Source of the DNA: Eledone cirrhosa
Taxonomy: Eukaryota
Assembly (NCBI GenBank): GCA_964016885.1
Contig: OZ024743.1
Coordinates: 305,164,001-305,228,000 of the forward strand
DNA length: 64,000 nucleotides
Reading direction: 5' to 3'
Shown here piece after piece: positions 39,431-53,154 of the stretch. The notes beneath the pieces are model-generated. The model saw only the letters and a program-made list of their open reading frames with translations. It searched no databases and was not told the DNA's origin. Position numbers and translations under genes: made by a program. The stretch's first letter is position 1, and the number at the start of each line of letters is the position of its first letter.

Positions 39431-39464
39431 ATGTGGTCTACAAATCAAATGTAAAAATTGTAGC

Positions 39465-40367
39465 TCCTCGTACATCATAAATACTTGTCAGATGCTGCAG
39501 CCCTCGTACATCATAAATACTTGACAGATATTGCAGCCCTCGTACATCATAAATATTTGACAGATGCTGCAGCTCTCGTAAATCATAAATACTTGACAGA
39601 TTCTGCAGCCCTCGTACATCATAAATACTTGACAGATATTGCAGCCCTCGTACATCATAAATACTTGACAGATGTTGCAGGCCTCGTACATCATAAATAC
39701 TTGACAGATTCTGCAGCCCTCGTACATCATAAGTACTTGACAGATATTGCAGCCCTCGTACATCATAAATACTTGACAGATGTTGCAGGCCTCGTACATC
39801 ATAAATACTTGACAGATGCTGCAGTCCTTGTACATCATAAATACTTGACAGATGTTGCAGCCCTCGTACATCATAAATACTTGACAGATTCTGCAGCCCT
39901 CGTACATCATAAATACTTGACAGATGCTGCAGCCCTCATACATCATAAATACTTGACAGATGCTGCAGCCCTCGTACATCATAAATACTTGACAGATTCT
40001 GCAGCCCTCGTACATCATAAATACTTGACAGATGTTGCAGCCCTCGTACATCATAAATACTTGACAGATTCTGCAGCCCTCGTACATCATAAATACTTGA
40101 CAGATGCTGCAGCCCTCATACATCATAAATACTTGACAGATGCTGCAGCCCTCGTACATCATAAATACTTGACAGATGTTGCAGCCCTCGTACATCATAA
40201 ATACTTGACAGATTCTGCAGCCCTCGTACATCATAAATACTTGACAGATGCTGCAGCCCTCATACATCATAAATACTTGACAGATGCTGCAGCCCTCGTA
40301 CATCATAAATACTTGACAGATGCTGCAGCCCTCGTACATCATAAATACTTGACAGATGTTGCAGCCC
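39465..40367. repeat. 36-bp minisatellite, ~25 copies
   Basis: Unit gcagccctcgtacatcataaatacttgacagat(gct/tct/att/gtt); produces repetitive ORFs on both strands. Confidence 0.95.
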
Positions 40368-40797
40368 AAACATTAAGGTCACCATAGAGGTGACGGAAAC
40401 TAATGTGGGCAACTTAAGAATCAGAGGTCATTTTCTAGTGTTGGTTCCACGATAAATGCACTTGGTAGAACATAGAGCCATATGCAAGCATGATGCGAAT
40501 CCCAGGCCTGTCTTGGAGGTCAGTGTCCCCACTTCAGTACTCACTCAGTCTTTGAAGATCTGTCCAACCCTGACTAGACATTAAATGATGATGAGGATGT
40601 TGATGAGGATGAGGATGACTGCTTGGTGATATAGTTGGAACAGGCATGTCGAGGGAGCAGTGATGTGTATAAAAAATACAAGAAATAAGATAAACCACTG
40701 TATGATAATGTGTTCATATTCATATATATGTGTGTGTGTATACAAAGAAGGAGAGGTAGTGAGAGAATGAGAAAAAGAGAGGTGTAAGCTATCTCAC

Positions 40798-40993
40798 CTT
40801 CACAACTTTCTTCTTTGAAACCAACATCCATCAGAGCAATATGTCTGTTATATTCATAACCTTTTGTGGCAGTAAATATGAAGCTAGTGTTCATGTTTGC
40901 TGTTACATTGAAACAAACAGTGTTCCATCTTCTACCCGAGATTCCAATTTCGTCAAAAAGAAGTTTTTTTCCATTCACATTTTCAGTGTGAAG
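40798..40993 (-). CDS. MAM/LDLa protein exon, C-terminus of MAM domain 2
   Basis: tattttcag acceptor, gtgaga donor, 196 nt, phase 0-1 (matches the previous exon). Encodes LHTENVNGKKLLFDEIGISGRRWNTVCFNV...FIFTATKG...HIALMDVGFKEESCE. Confidence 0.85.
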
Positions 40994-41264
40994 CTGAAAA
41001 TACATTATTGCAACATAATTACTATTTAAACATATACACACTCACACACATTCACATATACACATCCTTTCTTAATTAAAAAAATAATTGTGTCCGAGAT
41101 AAGTAGCATCTTTTCTATATGGACCCTCTATTCACAAAATCTATGGCTGTCATGCATGGACAAGAAAATACTTATTAATTTTCATAAATTTCTCAATATA
41201 ACCATCAAATTTACCCTTTCCATTGTCTTCATATATTTTACCTCCATTTTACCTCCATTTTACC

Positions 41265-41910
41265 TCCATTCTACCATGCTAGCATGGGTTAGACAGGTTG
41301 TCCTATTGTGGGCAATGCCATGTCAGGTGGCCATGTCTTGCTCATACGGAACTGATTTTGGCTTGATTTCTACAGCTAGATGCCCTTCCTAACACCAACC
41401 TCATTTACAGTGAGTGCTGGGTGCTTCTTTTACCGTGGCACCTACATGACCACTTTATAGTGTGGACTGGGTGATTTTGTGGTGACACCTACACAACCAA
41501 TTTACAGCGGGATGGGGGTTGGGGTATACTGTCTATATTCTTCACCTTCAGCTTGTACCCATGGGTGTTGGGTCCTCTGTATTTCTACGTAATGCCAGAG
41601 GTCTCGGTCCTGTGTCATCACTTGTGAGAGGTGCAATTGGGCAAGGTTAGCTTTTATCACCTCATCCCAGGTGTTCTTGGGTCTCCTCACTCCAAGGTTT
41701 CCATTGACTTTTAGTGCTCTGCACCATTTTATGCAGCTGTCATCCTTCATACGCATCACATGTCCACACCAATGCAACCACCTCTCCTGCACACATCATT
41801 TGATTCCTCTTATTCTTAGTCTCTCTCTCAATTTGTTTATGTTTTTCCATTTGTGTATATTACCATTACACATCCATTGGAGCATTCAAGCTTCGTTTCT
41901 TTCTAATCTA
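41265..41910 (-). mobile_element. RTE 3' fragment with tail
   Basis: QERWLHWCGHVMRMKDDSCIK...RPKNTWDEVI plus the shared 3' UTR. Confidence 0.8.
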
Positions 41911-42249
41911 CCATGTAAGATTGCTGTTTGTATATATATATATATATAAATATATACATATACACATATACATATATTTATATGTAGAAACCAAGTCAAA
42001 ATCTGCCCTGGGTGAGCTAAACATGGTCCTCTGGTCTGTTTTTTCCCAAAGTGTCAATCCATCCAACCTATGAATGATGGACATTAAACGACGAGGTTGA
42101 TGATATATATATATTTATATGTGTATATATGCGAAGTGTGTATGTGTATTACATATATATGGGATATGTATATGCACGCAAATATATATATGTGGATACC
42201 ATTATCATGATAGGTGCATGTATATACATATATATATATTATGCTGGCA

Positions 42250-42605
42250 CCACAAATCATCCAGCCCACACTGTAAAGTGATCGTGTAGGTGTCACAACA
42301 AGAGCACCTAGCACACACCGTCAATGTGTTTGGCGTTAGGAAGAGCATCCAGCTGTAGAAAACCAGCCCAAAAAGCACCCAGACAACACTGTAAACTGGA
42401 CGTGTAAAAGACACAGCAAAAAGCACTGAGCACACATTGTCAATGTGGTTGGCATTAGGAAGGGCATCCAGCCATAAAAACCCAGCCAGAAACACTCCAG
42501 TATGAGTAAGACATGGTCACCCGACCAACTTGCTTCTAAATGGGACAAACCTGTCTAACCCATGCTAACGTGGAAGATAGACATTAAACGATGATGATGA
42601 TGATA
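42250..42605 (+). mobile_element. RTE 3'-tail/SINE-like fragments
   Basis: Two ttaggaag(a/g)gcatccagc motifs, then an acattaaacgatgatgatg tail. Confidence 0.6.
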
Positions 42606-42650
42606 TATATATATATATGCCCACACACACACACACACATATATATATAT

Positions 42651-42890
42651 AGTTGAAAAGATCAAACAAACGCAGGAATCAATTGTACATAGTTGTATTA
42701 GGTTCACGCTTGGTGGGAGTGGAGGAGGTTTCGATGTTTTGGACTTATGTCCTTCATCAGGAAAGTTGAGATGATCTCTGAGAGGGAGTAAGGAGGGAAG
42801 TTAACAACTAAAGAACACGAAAAGAAGGGAAAAATAAAAATAAATTTAAAAAAATAAAAAATAAAAATGCAGATATAAAAAAATATATAT
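42651..42890 (-). mobile_element. Solo PLE pLTR fragment with a decayed minimal hammerhead (42729-42764)
   Basis: Minus strand tttc CTGATGA aggac-ataa-gtcc aaaacatc gaaa (decayed GAAACGTC); downstream aagcgtgaac is shared with the ~61830 copy; (TA)n flanks. Confidence 0.6.
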
Positions 42891-43353
42891 ATATATCGCC
42901 CCACTTGATCATGAATGACCATGGTTTTGCACCTAGAAAGTTTCCCTCCAAGGTACTAGCCAGGGCAAGGTTTGTGTTGTAGAAGACCAGTAGTCGCCCA
43001 TGTATACCAGTTACCACTGTCCATGCCATTGATGTTGTCCATGGAAAAAGCAATGACCGAAACAGCTTGGCACCAGTGATGTCACAACTCATTTCTACAG
43101 CTGAGTAAACTGGAGCAACTTGAAATAAAGTGTCTTGTTCAAGGGCACAACACATCACCCGGTCAGAGAATCGAACTTACAACCACTCAATTGCAAGCCC
43201 AATGCTCTAACCACTAAGCCATATACATATATAAACCACCTGTCTGAGTCCCGATACAGGTAAACAACAATTCACAAGATGAGTTTCAGCCGAATATTCA
43301 AGCAGTCATTCCAGTTAGTCATATACATATACATATATACAAAAAAAAACAAA

Positions 43354-43515
43354 TTCTATATTAGTAGCATGACAAATCTATATTAGTAGCTTGACAAAGT
43401 CTATATTAGTAGCTTGACAAAGTCTATATTAGTAGCTTGACAAAGTCTATATTAGTAGCTTGACAAAGTCTATATTAGTAGCTTGACAAAGTCTATATTA
43501 GTAGCTTGACAAAGT
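43354..43515. repeat. 23-bp minisatellite, ~7 copies
   Basis: tctatattagtagcttgacaaag. Confidence 0.95.
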
Positions 43516-43639
43516 ATGTTCATTATAATAGTCGATCTGGTCTGTTGATGTGTCATTTCTCCCTTTTATTCTTGTTGTCCTACTTCCTTTGGTTTTCGAT
43601 ATTGATGCTTACATAATGGATTAGCTTCTGCTATATTGG

Positions 43640-44645
43640 TCTGTCATCAACATAATGCCTCCAGCAGTGAAGGATGTTACCTTTTTTTAAAATATCTTTG
43701 ATTGTGTCCTTATACCTCAAGAGAGGTTGTCCTACATGTCGAACACCATCCTCAAGCTCACCTAAAAGAAGTTTTGTTATAGGTCTACAATCATCCATAT
43801 AGATGACATGGCCAACCCATCTGAGTCTATTCCTTATGAGGATAGTTTAATATCAGGAATCTTTGCACGTTTCAGTACCTCATTGTTTTTGACAAAGTGA
43901 TCCATTTAATGTTGAGAATGAACTTAAGGTCCCGTTGCTGAACTGTTCTTAACTGTCTAATGTGGTAAAGATGGAGACTCCACGTCTCACTTCATACAAG
44001 AGAAGAGTCACACATTGGTTATAAACTTTAAGTTTAGTCTCAGATGCCAGTTCCCTGGATTCAAAGACTCGCACTCTTAGTTTACCTACAGCACAAGAGG
44101 AAACTGAAATATGTGTACTAAGTTCTTCATTGAGATTACAGTTTTTGGTGACATAGCTGCCAAAATATTTGAGGCATTCCACTCTGGCAAGTTTTTGCCC
44201 ATCAATGAAAAAATCAACTTGCACTCCGATACTCACTGTTTCAGTCTTATTAATGAAGATTTGGAGGCCCATTTTCAAAGAAACTGTGTTATATGTAGAT
44301 AACAGTTACTGTAGAGCAATGGGATAATTGCAGAAAACAGCAATATCATCAGCATATTGGACCTCCTTTATGAAATCATGAAATAGTATCTTTGTCTTGG
44401 ACTTGAGGCAATGAAGAACAAAAATATCACCATCATATCTAAACCATACTTTGATGCTGTGTGAGGTGCTGACTTCTTTGAAGGCTATACAGAACAGTAC
44501 AGCAGCTTAGAGCCCAAATAGTGTAGGGGCAAGTTTGCAGCATTGATTCACCACACTATTGTAGTTGATAGGGTTCAACAATTCACCATCTATAGCAAGC
44601 CTAGCATTCATATTTGAATATAGAGTCCTACTGAGGCTAACAAAT
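43640..44645 (-). mobile_element. Decayed RTE/BovB-like LINE RT fragment
   Basis: QYADD, MGLQIFINKTE, LKYFGS, TKLKVYNQCV, LRWVGHV, GQPLLRYKDTIK. Confidence 0.8.
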
Positions 44646-44699
44646 TTATATATATATATACAAGAGAGATAAACACAGACATATACATATATGTGTTCA

Positions 44700-46185
44700 A
44701 ATGGTAAGAGACCAGGTTGAAAAAAATACTAACTATGGACAATAAGGTTTGCCAGACTCAAACTTTTATATTCAATTATAATATACGGCTCGGAAAAATC
44801 TCTTTCTTAGAGCTATTTTATTGTAACAGACTATTTTGAGTTTCTAACTTAATATATACCTTTGATATATATATATACATATATATTTTGTATCTGTCGT
44901 AATTTTTTGTATGTATAGTTTATGCCTTCGGTCAGTTTTCTTGGTGTCACATTTTATAACTATGGTGTTAATTCTGGACTTAAGGTTTGTTTTTAACTTT
45001 TGATCCATTGAGTTCTTTGTGATTACCTCAAACACATCGAATAGCATTTGCTGCACTGCAGCTAAACTTTGATTTACAAATATTATAATTTATTCACCTA
45101 GACCCATGTATTCGAAGATGATCTAGTTATATTTAGTTATCTTTCATTTACAAATTCTAGTGGAGAGCTTCGTATTTTGAGGCTGTGAAAATTCTTTTGT
45201 TCTCATATCCAAAAATAAACACCAGAAATTTTGACTAGTTGACTTCTTCCTTTGAGTAAGATCACATGACTGTAGACTGAATTACTGCTACAAGTAGCAT
45301 GAAATCTGTAGTCCTGATGAATTTTTAAAAAAGACAAAACCTGCAGATGAAGGAATTGCAGTTTGATCATGGAAGTACATATGTATTATCTGTATTACTT
45401 GTGCATTATATAACTTGTTATATAAATTCCAGGGGTTCCAGAAACCTATCTGAGATTTTATTGTTTATATCGATTTTAATCAATCAGAGATGGTCCAGTC
45501 ATGAAAAACCTTTTTGTATCTATCGTTATTTTGTTGTATGTATAGTTTGTGTTTTCGGTTGATTTTCTTGGTGTCACATTTTATAACTGCGGTGTTAACT
45601 CTGGACTTAATGTTGTTTTTAACTTTTTATCCATTCTGTGCTTTGTGATTACCTTAAAGAAATCGAATAGTACTTGCTGTAATGCAGCTAAAATTCGATT
45701 TACAAATATTATATGGTTCCCCCTCTCCCTCCCATTGTTACTTTCTTCCTTTCCCTCTCTCCCTTCTACAGGCCAGCTCTACTGACGTCAATATTCTTCC
45801 TTTCTCGCGACAACTTGAGGTCGATCAACCTGTCCCAACACAAACAATTTATGAATGAAGATATTTGTTTCTCTGTTACAAGCCTTCTATTCCCTGCAGT
45901 AATCTCATTAATTTGTTGAAACTGTAGAAGGTTGAGATCTGAAGAGCATATTATGTTTGTGATCTGTTTGCTTTCATCCATTCTTTTTCCTTCTTCCTAT
46001 CTTCTCTTCCTTCCTTTCAGTCAACTCACATCTAGCCTGATCTCTGTCCTTTGAGGTAATATTTTACCCAACGCTGCTTCAACAGTATTTTGCTATTCTA
46101 AAGACTTCCATATGCCAAGTTTTCCCATTTTACTGAGAATCTTAATACACTCGCATCTCAAAACTCTATTTTCAAGTTAATTTGT
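44700..46185. mobile_element. Old PLE-type remnant with a diverged direct repeat (~44890-45100 vs ~45515-45720) and a decayed HHR at 45308-45350
   Basis: gtagtcCTGATGAattt... matches the start of the 310-bp-unit HHR; ~200-bp imperfect direct repeat. Confidence 0.5.
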
Positions 46186-46199
46186 TTATACATATATAT

Positions 46200-46702
46200 A
46201 TCATCATCATCATCATCATCATCATCACCGTTTTACGTCCATTCTTCTATGCTAGCATGGGTTGTCCTGTTGTGAGCAATGTCTATTTGGCTGACCTTGT
46301 CTTGCTCATACAGGAACTGATTCTCGCTTGATTTCCACAGATAGATGCCCTTGCTAACACCAACCTCATTTACAGTAAGTACTGGGTGCTTTTTTTCCGT
46401 GGCACGTACACGTCCACTTTACAGTGTGGGCTGGGTGCGTTTTTGCTGTGGCACCTCGACGACCACTTTTCAGTGGGAGGGTGTAGGACATATTGTCTAT
46501 ATGCTTCTGCTTCGGCTTGTTCCTGTGGGGGGGGGGGTCACTTCTTCTGTATTACTGTGTGACGCCAGAAGTGCAATTGGGTAAGGTCAGCCTTTATCAC
46601 CTCATACCAGGTCTTCTTGGGTCTCCCCACTCCACGGCTTCCATCGACTTCTAATGCTCTACACCTTTTTATGCAACTGTCATCCTTCATACGCATCACA
46701 TG
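46200..46702 (-). mobile_element. RTE 3' fragment with tail
   Basis: HVMRMKDDSCIKRCRALEVDGSRGVGRPKKTW plus the shared tail. Confidence 0.8.
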
Positions 46703-47299
46703 TGTATGTATGTATGTATGTATGCATTTATGTATGAATGTATGTATGTGTGTGTGTATGCATGTATGTATGAATTCTATATATGATTGCATTTAGTTTT
46801 AGTCTAAAACAAGTTGGATATTTTTCAACTTTAAAAATATTGTTCTTTAAACCCATCTATTTTTCTATATCCACAATAATTCATATAATAGAGCAGATTT
46901 GACAATTAGTTTCTAAGTGAAACAATGCACCTAACACATTACATTCCCCAAAATTGATACAGAACAAGAATGAAAATGCTCTCTTTCATGAAAATATGTT
47001 CTGTGGTGTATTTTATTGTATTTCACATACACTGATTGCCAAATATATTCCAGCACATACTTTATATCCCTTCCATAATATCAGTGCCAAGTGACAAAAT
47101 TATTTAATTCTCAAATGGTTTAATTCTCCTGTAAATTGACAGATAAAACAGGAACAAACAGCTCACACATATAATCAGCCATAGCACTATAAAATTGATG
47201 TAAGTTTTAGCCAGTTTGTAGGTCTGAGTTGAAGTTATTAAATTTAGATCATAGCAAATATTGAATGTAAAATCTAGCTTTAATTAAAGTTAAAAATAA

Positions 47300-47475
47300 T
47301 AATTGTTTCTACTTTTGGCACAAGGCCAGCAATTACCCAGTGCATTAATGGTACTTTATTTTATCGACCCCGTAAGGATGAAAGGCAAAGTTAACCTTGA
47401 CGAGATTTGAACTCAGACTGTAAAGGGACATAACTATGCTGGAAGGCATGACGTCCAACCCTCTATCGATACCAC
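47300..47475 (-). mobile_element. SINE family A copy
   Basis: ggtactttattttatcgaccccgtaaggatgaaaggcaaagttaacc. Confidence 0.75.
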
Positions 47476-47816
47476 CAAAAATATAATAATGGTGGTGCCC
47501 CAGCACAGCCTCAGTCTGTTTGCTAGAACACATAAGTGATGCAGTAAAAATGTGTTCAACTGGAATGATTTGCCATAGACATACTGCTTGGAGACAAATA
47601 TGTCAAAACTTATTTAATAAGATCTTCAAATTCCTTAAACTCAACAACATGAGTGTTGATTATCTTGCTTGCACCCAGAAGACATTGCCAATGATAACAC
47701 AAGTACTATTGATTTCATGACTGGCTTTTGTACTTTATCAACCAATTATACCCATACAAATCAGTTTGAATGTAAATATGTTCATAAAATGAAAAGGGAA
47801 AAGTATTTGACCATAC

Positions 47817-47953
47817 CTGCAGTTTACCACCATTTTCATGAATAAAATAAGAAAAGTAGAAACTATGTCCTGCAGGAGGTAAAACATTTTTAAATATGAT
47901 ATGTGTCTTATCTCCAGTTCTGCCATTTTCAGAATTTGCCGACATATAATATT
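47817..47953 (-). CDS. MAM/LDLa protein exon, middle of MAM domain 2
   Basis: cttttttcag acceptor, CAG|gtatgg donor, 137 nt, phase 1-0. Encodes EYYMSANSENGRTGDKTHIIFKNVLPPAGHSFYFSYFIHENGGKLQ. Confidence 0.8.
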
Positions 47954-48131
47954 CTGAAAAAAGAAAAGGGAGAAAATGGTGAATAAAATACAAAGACACC
48001 ATCAAAATGTTTCTTCCATACTAATTTTGTCATTGTCACAAAGACAAAAGATAAGGGATAGGGGGGGGGGGGGGGCATTGTGAAAACAAATTACAATATT
48101 GTTCTCAATCCCCCTTCTCCCATCTATATCA

Positions 48132-49212
48132 ATCATCATCATCATCATCATCATCTAACGTCTATCTTCCATGCTTGCATGGATTTAGACGGGAATTGTC
48201 CCACGTGAGGCAAGATTGGTTGTCTTATTCATATAGGACTGTCTGGCGGGTTTTCTACGGCTGGATGCCCTTCCTAACACCAACCACGTTTACAGTGTGG
48301 ACTGGGAGGTTTTTACCGTGTTACCTACACGGCCACATTACAGCGTGGACTGTGTGTTTTTTTTGTGACACCTACACGACCTCATTTATTTAGGACTGGA
48401 TGTTGTGGGACTAATATAACTTTACATTGAAAGGGGTGATGTTGGTGGGGGTGGGGATAGTGGGATGGGGGTGTATTTTTGGTTAGGAGATGCCTATTGA
48501 CTATAGGTTTCGCTTTGTACTTAGGCAAGGCAGGTCTTCTGTATTACTGCGTAGCGCCAAAGATCTCGGTCCAGTGACATTGTCTTAGAGAGGTGTAAGT
48601 GTGTAAGGTCAGAATTTATCAAATCGTACGAGGTTCTTCTGGGTCTGCCTACTCCGTAGCTTCCATCTATTTTGATCGCCCTGCACTTTTTATACAGCTG
48701 TCGTCTTTCATGCACATCACGTGACCATACCAACGTAGTCTTCTCTCGAGTAAACAGCATCTGATCCCTCTTATTCCTAATTTCTCATTTAGTTCATGTA
48801 TGTTTTGCCGTTCACGTATATTACTATTACATATCCAATAGAACATGCATGCTTCATTCCTCTCCAATCTGTGCAGATCCTCTGCACACAATGCCCATGT
48901 CTCACTGCCATGTAACATTGCTGTTCGTATGCAGGCATCATACAGTCTGCCTTTCATTTTTAGGGAGAAACCTTTAGCGGCCAATAGTGGTATAAGCTCT
49001 CTGAACTTTTTCCATCCCGTTCTGACTCTAGCTACTGTACTTTCAGAACACCCTCCACCACTGCTGATTTTGTCACCCAGGTAATAGAAGGTGTCCACTA
49101 TAATGAATAAGAGGGGGCTAAGGACAGAGCCCTGATGAACACCAACTTTTACGCTAAATTCTTCACTATATTCATTGTTAATTCTAACCTTGCTGACTGT
49201 TTCTTTATATGC
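48132..49212 (-). mobile_element. Internally deleted RTE-type LINE fragment with tail
   Basis: GVHQGSVLSPLLFII is fused directly to VDTFYYLGD (the YADD region is deleted), followed by LHGSETWA and RLRWYGHV. Confidence 0.85.
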
Positions 49213-51480
49213 TGGAACTATAAATGCTGGTATGATATGCCACAAAACATGTCCGACATTCCAAAAGCAGGGGGCTGGACTAAGTTTTAGCCAGCATTGG
49301 AACATTTTTGGGATAGTACCTAATGCTCTTCTGATGGGAATGACCTTGATCTCATGGCAGTCCCAAATCTTTTTTAGTTCCCAATTTAGATCCTAGTACT
49401 GGTTAATATTTTCTTTCTCCTTTTCTTGTGTCAAAGGGACAAGTTACACTTATATATGATGTGAGCCATAGTTTCCTCTCTCCACAGATTCTACAGAGTG
49501 AGCTAGCTTCCTCCTTGTCAATATGATGTTTCATCTACTCTGTTCTAAGAGCTTGTTCTTGTGCAACCAGTAGCATTCCCTCTGTAGCTTTCTAAGGGTC
49601 CCCTTTCTTTACCCAGCCACATGTCTGCAGATTTCTGAATTCTGTTTCCTTCAAGAAGATGCTATGAAAGACTTTTACATTCAGGTTGTTCTTCCTCTTT
49701 CTCATTACTTCTTTCTTGGATATCTCCATGTCTATTAACTCCTCCTTCAATACAGCCTTAAGCATTCGATTGTTACTCTCAGCCATGTATTTATGTAAAC
49801 AGCTCCTCTCCATCTGAACATAGTTCCCCTTGCTGATAAGACCTTTCCCGACTTGAGATCTCTTTAAGTACAGTCTATCAAAACCACCCTTCTTATGAAA
49901 CATACTGTAGGTAGTCATTAATTTCCTTGTCTTTCTATCTATCTAATTCTTTTTGCCCCATTACATTACATTTAAAAATTCCTGGCACTCTACTGAATTA
50001 TAAACACAGCTCAGGAAATAATTGCACTTATGGCATTCCTACTATTCAGTTGTGATTTTAGTATGTTCCTTACTCTCCTTATGTATTCAGATCTCATAAT
50101 CACCTTCATATTATTGTCTTTGGTGGTATCTGCTTCCACAACACCCAAATATCTATATCCTTCTTTGGTGTTGATCTCCTTTAACACCTCACTCATTGGT
50201 ATCTTGATTCGTTTGCTTCTCTTCAATTTACATCTCCTCAACACTATGGCTCCACACTTATTAACATTAAATGCCATACATATATCATTGCTGAAAATAT
50301 GAACAGTGTTAACATGTACATCTGATTCTTTCAGAAGAATTTTAGGTCATCCGTGAAGAGGAGGTAGTTGATGGTAAGCTCTCCTCTTCCCAGTTTGTAT
50401 CCTGCCTTCACCCTTCAAAATATGAGGGACAAGGGTATGAGGGTAAGGATAAACAATAAATGAGATAGACTATCTCCTTGGAAGATACCTCTTTTCCAAG
50501 GATTAACTGTCTTCAAGCTATTACTTAATAGCAGTCCACAACCTTGAAGATTTCTAGGCACTTGGCTATTCCAGAATGAGGAACTATGTCAAATGTCTTC
50601 ATGTAATCTATCCATCCAATGGCAAGACCTGTATACCTCCTTTTGTAGTGTGTGATTATCATCTTGTCAATAAGTAACTGATAGTTTGTACCACAGGACT
50701 TCTTTCAGCATCTGTTTTGCTCCTCTGACAATAAGTTGTTTGTGTTGATGTGGTGGTAGATTTCCTCAGATAGAATGCTTGTTTGCAATTTCTACATCAA
50801 GAACAGACATGTGATAGGTCTATAATTAGTAACATAATTTCCCTTGGCTTGTCTTGGTCTTTCCTTATTAGAACCATGGCACCTTTTGTCAACTAGTGTG
50901 GTACTTCATCCAACACCAAACAACCACTGAATATGGCTGCCAGTATTGGGTGGAGAGATGTTATATACTTAATCCAATATCCTTGCATACCACCAGGGCC
51001 TGGTAATTTCCAGTTGGTTAATTTATTGGCCTGCTTTTTAAGGGGCTCAACTGAGATACTCAAGTCAGCTTGTTGATGTGCTTGTTCATTAATCTACTTT
51101 TTAACAGTCTCAATTCACTCTGCCTGACTATTATGTTTAGCATCCTACTCCAAAATCCTTCTCCAAGATGTATTGGTTTGTTCAGCTTGAGAAATAGTAT
51201 CATTTCCTTTCTCTCTCTCTCCATTCTAGCTGTTCAAATAACATCTTCTGGCTGTTGTAAAATATGCAATTTTGTTTATACTGGGTAACTCAGCTTTCAT
51301 ATTATCATTAAGGTTTGAAGATGGGCACTTTCCTCTTCTGCAATGCTCTCATTATCTTTATCAGGTTTTACTTGAAATAGAAAATCAGGGTGGAGAAGGA
51401 AGTGCTGCTTTCCAGCCAGTTTGTTTAAAGGTGGGTGGCAAGAACGACCCCTGTAAATGGGCCTTCCTTGAGTGTATGCT
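49213..51480 (-). mobile_element. Decayed R4/Dong-like non-LTR retrotransposon (RT region)
   Basis: NWKLPGPGGMQGYWIK, NYRPITCL, GIFQGDSLS, FTDDLK, FNVNKC, YRYLG, RLYLKRSQ.GKGL. Confidence 0.8.
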
Positions 51481-52324
51481 TGTAGTGTTGAGCACTTGAA
51501 GTAGCTAAAACCCATGGAAGAGGGAGACATTGGAAGAGATGTACAAAATTGAGAAGAATGACATCAAGAAACGGAATCTCATCAAGGATAGATATAGGAT
51601 CATGTTGAGAGGTAACTCATCATGCTAAAATAAGATTCACTCTTAAGTACAAGCACTGTGATTCTGAAAATAAATGTAATGAGAGATCATAGACTGCATG
51701 GAGTTGAGAGGTTCTTTAGCCTGGCATGGATCAGAAAATATCTCTATTGCTGATGTCATAATGGAATTCACTCAGTGCCTCCTTTAAAGTGGTTGTCAAA
51801 TGAACTAAGGCATAGTAGGGGAGAGAGAATACTTGAGGACTTGACAACATTTCTAGTATTGATGCACCAAGTAAACTCTGTAAAATGGTTAACTGTCAAA
51901 TAATGGCAATATAGGACTATTCAGTCCTGCAAAGTACATGACAACTTCCTGTGCCAAAGTACGTGACAAGTCCTGTGCCACAGCAAAATGCAATCTATAC
52001 AACTTTACAAAGTGGTAGTGCTGTGCCATGTTAATCTTCAGCAAGTGGTTGGTGTTAGGTAAAACATCCAGCCAGAAAAACCAAGCCAAAATATAAAACA
52101 TATAAAGATATATATTTCTAGAATTCACACTTTCTATATAAATATTGATCATTATAATTAAATGGCTGCTCATCTAATGATCCAATCAGCAGTGATTCAA
52201 CTTGATTATAATATTAAACTAAAATCTATAGACAGCCATGATTGTAATTTGTAATCCAATCCTTTACCATGATTGTTTTTTTTGTGTTACAGATTTTGAA
52301 ACAAATGAATTTATAATTATCCTT

Positions 52325-52401
52325 TATACTCGAATATAAGCCGAGAAATATGTGACAAAAGATCAATGATAAAATAACGGTTTGGCTTATATTCGAATAT
52401 A
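52325..52401. mobile_element. Short MITE-like remnant with ~20-bp terminal inverted repeats (pogo/Tigger-like ends)
   Basis: tatactcgaatataagccga ... ttggcttatattcgaatata. Confidence 0.5.
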
Positions 52402-52829
52402 TACTGTATATATATGTATATACAGTATATTAACATATTTCACAGAGTTAAGGATAAGCAGTTTTATGAATTACTCAGTTTAGAATTATGATATTGACAA
52501 AAGACCAATTTTCATAGAGTTTAGAGATATTCACTCAACACTAGAATTTAACTGGCATTTCTTATTATTAATTTCACCAGGATCTATACCCTTAACCTAA
52601 TACAATTAAACTGTCATCATGCCAAGCTTTTTAGCTCAAAGAAGAAGTTTTCACCTTAAGAAGAACAATTTTCAGCTGGGTCCCATCAATCTAGTTGATT
52701 AAGGGATCAATCTTACTTTCTTCTGTTTGTTGGTTTCATTTTGATATAGACAAATGAATCTTAATTTTACCATTGAATATTTATGTAATAGATTGTAGAA
52801 TATATGATAGATTGTAGTATCTAACTTAC

Positions 52830-52985
52830 CAGTAATTTTATACAAATAATTGTCAGGCCTTGGAACTTCATAAGAATTTGAGAAGGATATTCGACGCCAT
52901 TCATAGTCAGTATTATTAGGACATTCAACTTCATAATTGCAGAAATGTACTTCTTTGAATTCGCAGAAATGATAAGTAATGCCAA
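52830..52985 (-). CDS. MAM/LDLa protein exon, N-terminus of MAM domain 2
   Basis: tcttttaacag acceptor, gtaagt donor, 156 nt, phase 1-1. Encodes GITYHFCEFKEVHFCNYEVECPNNTDYEWRRISFSNSYEVPRPDNYLYKIT (CxF...CxY...W motif). Not in the supplied ORF track. Confidence 0.85.
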
Positions 52986-53154
52986 CTGTTAAAAGACATG
53001 ATCAGAATCACTTGTTATTTTAACCAGAAATAACACAAAATGTTAATTCTTATTGGTTATTTGGAATACATTTTTATTTTAATAAGTTTTAATTGTGAAG
53101 CGAAAAATGTTAAATTAACATTAGATTTCTATTGAAAGCATTAACAGTAATATT

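Noticed and set aside
39465-40367. CRISPR array (36-bp repeats) or a 300-aa repeat protein
   Set aside because: The repeats are contiguous with no unique spacers, there are no cas genes, and the context is a eukaryotic intron. The ORFs follow from a stop-free unit whose length is a multiple of 3.
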